Origin: Clostridia bacterium
GTDB lineage: Bacteria; Bacillota; Clostridia; RGIG6154
Assembly: GCA_045589295.1 (NCBI GenBank)
Contig: JAZNOU010000007.1
Coordinates: 1-64,000 of the forward strand
DNA length: 64,000 nt
Direction: 5' to 3'
In this document: positions 58,051 through 64,000 of the stretch, in pieces
How the letters are laid out: the number at the start of each line of letters is the position of its first letter
How positions within the stretch are numbered: the stretch's first letter is position 1
Position numbers and translations under genes: made by a program
Notes under the pieces: model-generated
Told to the model about the DNA's origin: nothing
Seen by the model: the letters and a program-made list of their open reading frames with translations, nothing else
Database searches by the model: none

Positions 58051-60078
58051 TTATCTGTTAAGTGTATTGACTGAATATAAATCTGAGATTTCTAAATTTG
58101 AAAAATATTGTGTAAAAATAGCCTTTGCAATTGGTGCTGCTAAATACCCACCGGTGCCGTGTTCAATTACCACAGCAACCGCTATTTGCGGATTATCATA
58201 TGGTGCAAAAGCAACAAAAATTCCGTTGTTTGATCCTTTGCTAACTTCTGCAGTTCCGGTCTTTCCTGCCACATCTACAAAGAAGTCTTCAAAAACGTTG
58301 CTTGCTGTACCCTCCTCGGCTACTTTTTTCATTCCAAGTTTAACCGCAGAAAGATTTTTTTCATCAATCTTTATTTCTGCACTTTTTACAATTTCAGTTT
58401 TTTTGACAACATCACCAGTTTCACTGTCTTTTATCATTTTTAACAAATGAGGTTGGTATCTTGTTCCACCATTTGCAATAGTTGCAACATATGAAGCAAG
58501 TTGAAGTGGTGTAATCAAATTATCAGATTGTCCTATTGACGCTTGTAATGTATCACCCGGATGCCACACCTCACCACGTTTTTCCTTATTGCTAGGACTT
58601 GCAATTTGACCTTTTACTTCCCCACCTATTTCAATGCGTGCAAGCTGCCCAAATCCAAATTTTTCCGCATACTCATCAAGTTTTACAATACCCAAACGTC
58701 TTCCTACATCAAAAAAATAGTAGTTACATGACTCCTGAAGTGCAGTTACAACATCAACATATCCATGGGTTTGACCTGTTTTCCACTTCATACATGTAGG
58801 TTGATAATCATTATAAAACTTATATTTGCCTTCATCCAAAATCAAATCTGACGGCTCGATTATATTTTCCTCTAAAGCTGCAATTGCAGTAAGCATTTTA
58901 AATGTTGAACCAGGTTCATACGCGCCTCCAATTGCTCTATTCCAAACTGGATTAGCGGGATTTTTAATAAGACTGTTATATTTTTTGTTGTACTCAGCAG
59001 GATGATATGAAGGAAAAGAGGCTATAGATAAAATTTCACCATTATTGACATCAAGGCATACAACGCTACCAGCATTACAATCAGCAACAGATTGTGAAAT
59101 AGACTCGATAGTTTCCTTAAGAGCGTTTTCAGTTACTTCTTGTAATTCTTTATCAATTGTGAGCATAACATTATTACCTTGCTTTGCTGGCACTGTTGTA
59201 ACAATGTTTTCTGAGCCTTTTATTGTCTGCTCGAAACCTTGAATCCCATCTTCTCCCTTAAGGTAATATTCATACGCAAGTTCAATGCCTTGTTTTCCTA
59301 TCAAAGCATCCATGCTATAATTCTTATTTTTAAGTTTTTCATACTCTTCCTGATATATAATTCCCACGTTACCCAAAACATGCGCAAGCATATTCCCATT
59401 AGGATATGCACGTAAACTTGTTTCTGCTACCTCAACGCCCTGAAATTCATTGCTATTTTCTTTAACAATAGCAACAACTTCAGCACTTATATCTTGCAGT
59501 AAAACATAAGGATTATAAATGCTGTATCCTTTTTGCTTCATATCATAAATTATATCACAAATTAACCTTTTATCAGATTCCTCGTATGATAAATTAATCT
59601 TGTATGCATCATATAATTTGTCAATAACTTCCGGCGCTGTTGTTCCGGCATTAAAGTTGTTTTTTTCAAGCCAGGACGAAACCTTTTTATTAAGTTCCTT
59701 ATTATCACCGAAATCAAATTCATATGGTTTTTCCATAGTTATTGGAAGTGAACCTGTATATTCAATGTTTTCACTCTTTAAAGCAGAGGTAAGTTTGTAT
59801 AGCATCGTTGAAAGTTCGCTTCTGTTTAATCCCACATCCTTAATAATAACCGAAAAACCTGTTCGGTTAGTTACTAAAATTTCACCGTATCTGTCAAGAA
59901 TATTACCTCTTGGTGCTTTAATAGTCATTGAAGTATGGAGTTTTTCTTCAGAAACTTTTCTGTAATTTTCCCCATTTATAATTTGAAGGTTAATAAGTCG
60001 AATAATGCATATAAAAAACATAATAGCAACAATCAAACCAACAAAAATTGTTCTTGCTTGTTTGTTATAATAATTCAA
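58051..60078 (-). CDS. mrdA: Penicillin-binding protein 2 (MrdA-like)
   Basis: APRGNILDR, PGSTFK, SCN, KTGTAE; follows mreCD. Confidence 0.88.
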   Translation of the reverse strand: MNYYNKQARTIFVGLIVAIMFFICIIRLINLQIINGENYRKVSEEKLHTSMTIKAPRGNILDRYGEILVTNRTGFSVIIKDVGLNRSELSTMLYKLTSALKSENIEYTGSLPITMEKPYEFDFGDNKELNKKVSSWLEKNNFNAGTTAPEVIDKLYDAYKINLSYEESDKRLICDIIYDMKQKGYSIYNPYVLLQDISAEVVAIVKENSNEFQGVEVAETSLRAYPNGNMLAHVLGNVGIIYQEEYEKLKNKNYSMDALIGKQGIELAYEYYLKGEDGIQGFEQTIKGSENIVTTVPAKQGNNVMLTIDKELQEVTENALKETIESISQSVADCNAGSVVCLDVNNGEILSIASFPSYHPAEYNKKYNSLIKNPANPVWNRAIGGAYEPGSTFKMLTAIAALEENIIEPSDLILDEGKYKFYNDYQPTCMKWKTGQTHGYVDVVTALQESCNYYFFDVGRRLGIVKLDEYAEKFGFGQLARIEIGGEVKGQIASPSNKEKRGEVWHPGDTLQASIGQSDNLITPLQLASYVATIANGGTRYQPHLLKMIKDSETGDVVKKTEIVKSAEIKIDEKNLSAVKLGMKKVAEEGTASNVFEDFFVDVAGKTGTAEVSKGSNNGIFVAFAPYDNPQIAVAVVIEHGTGGYLAAPIAKAIFTQYFSNLEISDLYSVNTLNR

Positions 60079-60098
60079 CTTTCCACCTCCTGAAAAAA

Positions 60099-60584
60099 CT
60101 ACATGCGTCTAAGTTTTAGTACAAACTTGTAAAACCAATAAAAAATCAAACCAACAATACAGTTTATTAAACATTGCGGAAGAATGATTTTTGAAAGAAC
60201 AAATGCATTATATGCCATACCATTAAATGCGTAAAATATCCAATAAGACAATAGCTCGGTAATAAGTGTTGCAACAAACACAAATAAAACCGAAATCCAC
60301 GCATTAGCACCCAAAATATGTTTTGATATTTCTATAACAATAAATGCAATCGTTATATACATAATAAAATACATTCCTGGCGCAAATGATGCAAAAATAT
60401 CATAAATTAACGCTATAATCAATGCGTTGGGTATGCTAACTATTTTATCACTAAGTAAGCAAACCACTACAATGCACGCCAAAGCAAAATTGTAATTCAG
60501 CCATCCGATTTTTAGCATCGGCATAACTGTAAGTTGTAGCATAGTAAACACAGCACATGAAAAAAATGTCAAAAACTTATTCAT
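60099..60584 (-). CDS. mreD: Rod shape-determining protein MreD
   Basis: Multi-TM protein between mreC and pbp2. Confidence 0.75.
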   Translation of the reverse strand: MNKFLTFFSCAVFTMLQLTVMPMLKIGWLNYNFALACIVVVCLLSDKIVSIPNALIIALIYDIFASFAPGMYFIMYITIAFIVIEISKHILGANAWISVLFVFVATLITELLSYWIFYAFNGMAYNAFVLSKIILPQCLINCIVGLIFYWFYKFVLKLRRM

Positions 60585-61404
60585 GAACTTCACCCGCCTG
60601 TGTTAAAATTACAACTTCAAAAATATGCTGAAAATCAACATCAGGCTTCAAAATTGCATATTTACCTGTACCATCATTATTATTTTTAAACTCTGTTATC
60701 GTACCTATGAACAAACCTTTAGGATATATACCACCTATTCCCGATGTCATAACTGTGTCGCCAATAATAACATCAGCACCCTCGGTAATTATTGTAATCT
60801 TACACAATCCACTTTTCATGAGGGAAAGATCACCATCAATTTGTACTAAGTCGCCCGTTCTTGATATCACTCCACTTACAGAGTGATCACGATCAATAAC
60901 AGTTGCTACTTTTGCCCAATTATTCCCGGTTTGCATCACCCTACCAATAAGTCCTTTTGAGTTAATAACAGTATCGTTAACCTTAATACCATCATTTTTC
61001 CCCTTATTAACAGAAAAAATATTAAACCAATTCCCTGCATCCTTTGATATTACAGTAGCCGCAACCGGCTTTAAATAATCTAATTCAGACTTTAATTCAA
61101 GAATATTTTTAAGTCTTTCATTTTCTTGTTTATAAGTAATATACTCTTTGTTTTTCTTATTAAGTTCATCAACTTGTTTTTTTAAATTACCATTTTCAAT
61201 ATATAATTTTTGTGTATCGTCCCATTTTGAAAATATTAACTTGATTTCAGCAACAACATTTGTAACTCCGGTTTGTACTGGTGCTACAGCATTGCCAATC
61301 CATGATGTAAAAGTATCTAATAACGGTGTAAAGATACACAAAACTGACAAAATTACAATTATTAAAACAGTAACAACGATAAATTTTGGTTTTTTATTTT
61401 TCAA
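60577..61404 (-). CDS. mreC: Rod shape-determining protein MreC
   Basis: ENERLK, INSKGLIGRV, TSGIGGIYPKGL. Confidence 0.93.
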   Translation of the reverse strand: MKNKKPKFIVVTVLIIVILSVLCIFTPLLDTFTSWIGNAVAPVQTGVTNVVAEIKLIFSKWDDTQKLYIENGNLKKQVDELNKKNKEYITYKQENERLKNILELKSELDYLKPVAATVISKDAGNWFNIFSVNKGKNDGIKVNDTVINSKGLIGRVMQTGNNWAKVATVIDRDHSVSGVISRTGDLVQIDGDLSLMKSGLCKITIITEGADVIIGDTVMTSGIGGIYPKGLFIGTITEFKNNNDGTGKYAILKPDVDFQHIFEVVILTQAGEVHE

Positions 61405-61915
61405 AGTATACCCTTCTTTTAATTCGATTTAACATAAGTGTGATGATTATTCCTGTTACACCGCCTGTTACAACGGACAGAGGTAGCATATAAACAAGCA
61501 TATTCATACACGCAAATGATTTTGTTAAAAAACAAGCAACACTAATTTGCCCAATATTAAAAATTGCACTTCCAGCTATGCTAATACCAATAACAGAAAT
61601 CTTTTTGGAATATAAAAACTTTTTCAACATTGACATCAGCGCAACAGAAAGCAAAACACCGCACATACTATAAGCAACAGCAGTTAGGGACGAAAAAAGT
61701 AATCCCGAAAGCAGCGATTTAAGTATTGCAATTACATAGGTTGTTTTCAACTTAAAGTAAAACAACGCAAACAACACAACAATATTTGAAATTCCTATTT
61801 TGACACCATACGCAATCCCCTGAGGAAAAGCAAGACTTTCTACATATCCAAGCACAAGTCCCACACCTAAGAGTACGGAAGCAATGATAATATCATGTTT
61901 AAAATGTTGTCGCAT
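61394..61915 (-). CDS. Gx transporter family (heptaprenyl diphosphate synthase component I-like) membrane protein
   Basis: YVES..P, GVKIGISN, SVIGISIAGSAIFNIGQ. Confidence 0.85.
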   Translation of the reverse strand: MRQHFKHDIIIASVLLGVGLVLGYVESLAFPQGIAYGVKIGISNIVVLFALFYFKLKTTYVIAILKSLLSGLLFSSLTAVAYSMCGVLLSVALMSMLKKFLYSKKISVIGISIAGSAIFNIGQISVACFLTKSFACMNMLVYMLPLSVVTGGVTGIIITLMLNRIKRRVYFEK

Positions 61916-62264
61916 CTGTCTTAGCGCCTCCTTCAACAGTAACAACTACCCTGTTCGGCAAGCACACAAGAGCTTGTCCTACATCACTGATAGCCCCTGC
62001 TTTTATTTCAACTTTATCTTTACAACTGCTTTGTGTCACATATACCGCACCATCACTAATAACAACGGTATTATGACCAAAATCTGTAGAAATCTCTATT
62101 ATTTTTTTGTTGTCAGTAAGACTGTATCTTCCGTATTCTTTACCATCTACATGTATTACAACAAACAGTGCATCAGAAAAAGCAGGCTTAATTGCGAGAA
62201 TTACTGTTAACAAAAGAATAATAGCTACAACAATTAAATCACCAAGTTTAAGAAATTTTCTCAT
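61899..62264 (-). CDS. NusG domain II-containing membrane-anchored protein
   Basis: GDLIVV anchor; SSCKDK and LVCLPNRVVV. Confidence 0.85.
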   Translation of the reverse strand: MRKFLKLGDLIVVAIILLLTVILAIKPAFSDALFVVIHVDGKEYGRYSLTDNKKIIEISTDFGHNTVVISDGAVYVTQSSCKDKVEIKAGAISDVGQALVCLPNRVVVTVEGGAKTDATTF

Positions 62265-62710
62265 ACTCCGGTAGAACCAAATCCACCAGCACCTCTTTTT
62301 GTTTCATCCAAGTCATCGCACACATTTATTTCAACCAGCTTAACAGGTGAAATAACCAACTGAGCAATTCTGTCGCCATGATTAACCACAAAGTCTTCCT
62401 GTCCTAAATTAATTAAGGCACATTTAAGTTCGCCACGATAATCACTGTCAATTACTCCAACACTGTTTGCAAGACAAATACCTTTTTTGCACGCAAGACC
62501 GCTTCTTGCATAAATCAAAGCGACATAACTGCTATCTTCTAATGCAATAGCAATTCCTGTAGGAATAATCTTTATTTCTCCTTTTTTTATAAGTACAGGT
62601 TCATCTAAACAAGCTGACAAATCCATACCAGCACTTCCTGAAGTGGCATAAAAAGGCTTTGCAGAAATTTTACCCTCTGCACTTGGAATAAATTTAATAT
62701 CAAGTTTCAT
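62261..62710 (-). CDS. dut: dUTP diphosphatase
   Basis: SAGMDL, RSGLA, GVIDSDYRGE, RGAGGFGSTG. Confidence 0.96.
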   Translation of the reverse strand: MKLDIKFIPSAEGKISAKPFYATSGSAGMDLSACLDEPVLIKKGEIKIIPTGIAIALEDSSYVALIYARSGLACKKGICLANSVGVIDSDYRGELKCALINLGQEDFVVNHGDRIAQLVISPVKLVEINVCDDLDETKRGAGGFGSTGV

Positions 62711-62711
62711 A

Positions 62712-63086
62712 TTAATATTTCCTTTCCGCTTTTGCTTCTGAACGTGCAAGCTCAATTTTTGCATTTTGAAGTTGTTCTTTTAAACTTTCGTTTTCTTCAG
62801 AAAGTTGTTTTAATTCAAACTCTTTTTCTCCAAGCATATCCACAGTTGCAGAAAGTTGTGCAGAGAGCTCTTTATTTTCTTCCTGAAGTTTTATTGTTTC
62901 TTCAGCAATATTCAACGAAGTAATAACCGCAATCATATTAGTACTTAACTTGCTGTTACGTTCTGCAATTTCATTAAATTTTTTGTTAACATAAAAACCA
63001 ATTCTCTGGATAAGTTCATCAGAATTTTCACTTTCTATCTGATAATCATTTCCAAGTAATCTGACTACAAACTTTGACATAGCCAT
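62712..63086 (-). CDS. zapA: Cell division protein ZapA
   Basis: LLGNDYQI, AVITSLNIAEE, coiled-coil tail. Confidence 0.85.
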   Translation of the reverse strand: MAMSKFVVRLLGNDYQIESENSDELIQRIGFYVNKKFNEIAERNSKLSTNMIAVITSLNIAEETIKLQEENKELSAQLSATVDMLGEKEFELKQLSEENESLKEQLQNAKIELARSEAKAERKY

Positions 63087-63631
63087 TAAAATTCCTCCTG
63101 ATACATATATTTTTCCGACATAAGAATTGCAACAACGGACTTAGCATCGCAAATTTCAAACCTGTCAACCATTTTTTTAAGTTCAGATATCGGAATTTTT
63201 TCAATCTCCAAAAACTCATCTTCATCAGGGTTTGTCGAAGTTAATTTGAGGTCTTTTGCAACATAAATATGCAAAAGCTCATTTGCAAATCCGGGTGAAG
63301 TATACGTTTCAGCAACCTTAAAAATATTTGTTGCTAAAAATCCTGTTTCTTCCTCAAGTTCACGAATAGCACATTCTGCCGGATTTTCACCATACTCGAG
63401 CTTGCCAGCAGGGATTTCAAGTAAAACTTTTTTAGGGCCTGCCCTAAACTGTTTAACCATTAAAAGTTCATTATTTTCAGTAATAGCGGCTACCGCAACA
63501 GCTCCTGGATGCTCAACAACATCACGATGAGCAGTTTTTCCATTAGGAAGCAATACCTTTTCACTTTTAACATTTATTACTTTGCCTCTATATACCTCAT
63601 TACTTTCAATCGTTTTTTCATATAAATCCAA
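63086..63631 (-). CDS. NUDIX hydrolase (ADP-ribose pyrophosphatase NudF-like)
   Basis: HPGAV, EIPAGKLE..E....CAIRELEEETG Nudix box; likely TTG start downstream of the promoter. Confidence 0.9.
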   Translation of the reverse strand: MDLYEKTIESNEVYRGKVINVKSEKVLLPNGKTAHRDVVEHPGAVAVAAITENNELLMVKQFRAGPKKVLLEIPAGKLEYGENPAECAIRELEEETGFLATNIFKVAETYTSPGFANELLHIYVAKDLKLTSTNPDEDEFLEIEKIPISELKKMVDRFEICDAKSVVAILMSEKYMYQEEF

Positions 63632-63658
63632 TTTACTCTTCGCCACCTTGAACAATTA

Positions 63659-63687
63659 ATTATACACTATCTAGCGATATTTTACAA
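63659..63687 (-). promoter_or_regulatory. SigmaA promoter
   Basis: TTGTAA-17 bp-TATAAT. Confidence 0.6.
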
Positions 63688-63695
63688 TATAAAAA

Positions 63696-64000
63696 TTAAA
63701 GATCACTTTCACCGTCTGTAAGTAAGATTGTGTTTGTTTCGCTTTCTGGCATTGCCGTAACAGATTTTAACTTTCTTTGAATTTGTCGGGTTCTTACACC
63801 AACAAGTTTATCAAGTTCACTATTTGCCATTTCAAGCTTATTTTGTGCTGCTTGCAAAACATCACCAAATTTGTCAAACTCAGTTTTTACTGCACCAAGA
63901 ACTGCCCAAACCTCGCCAGAACGCTTTTGAATTGCAAGTGTTTTAAATCCCATTTGCAAACTATTCAAAAGCGCCGCCATATTTGTAGGTCCGGTCACAA
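63696..64000 (-). CDS. rmuC: DNA recombination protein RmuC, 3' part
   Basis: GPTNMAALLNSLQMGFKTLAIQKRSGEVW.VLGAVKTEF. Confidence 0.9.
   Translation of the reverse strand, partial: VTGPTNMAALLNSLQMGFKTLAIQKRSGEVWAVLGAVKTEFDKFGDVLQAAQNKLEMANSELDKLVGVRTRQIQRKLKSVTAMPESETNTILLTDGESDL

Noticed and set aside
1440-62923. Many 60-170 aa ORFs antisense to, or nested in, core genes (e.g. 14475-14972, 23842-24357, 27414-27920, 30131-30634)
   Set aside because: They shadow well-supported genes and show no RBS or recognisable motif; expected from codon bias
1-64000. CRISPR arrays, tRNA/rRNA genes, prophage or defence genes
   Set aside because: No spaced repeats, cloverleaf patterns or such proteins recognised; intergenic gaps are short

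Overview
AT-rich chromosomal segment of a spore-forming Clostridia-class bacterium; the gene content resembles Oscillospirales/Ruminococcaceae-type lineages (inference). Almost all genes lie on the minus strand. In window order it holds: the 5' part of an IS200/IS605 tnpA element; a reoM(ireB)-murJ-Wzy/O-antigen-ligase-GT4-DUF4330x2 envelope operon; yajC; a divergent type IIA topoisomerase pair; a cluster of small hypothetical genes led by an unannotated 27-aa peptide behind a sigmaK-like promoter; a lone hydG; a RodA/PBP pair; the full spoIIIAA-AH operon; uninterrupted sigK; divIC-yabQ-yabP-yabO-hup; gpr; the rimP-nusA-infB-rbfA-truB-ribF operon; a tandem-OB SSB; polC; pyrH-frr-uppS-cdsA-dxr-rseP-ispG; ileS; a radical SAM pair; spoIVFB; minD; pbp2-mreD-mreC; dut; zapA; a NUDIX hydrolase; and part of rmuC. 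The window is mostly core genome. I saw no CRISPR array, tRNA/rRNA, prophage or defence island, and no new system can be established from sequence alone. The best leads are the small-protein cluster at 12261-13356, the ReoM-led envelope operon, the topoisomerase with an NrdR-box-like site on its promoter, probable ATT start codons and an IF2 P-loop Asp-to-Val change. Family names are from recognised motifs and synteny, not database searches.
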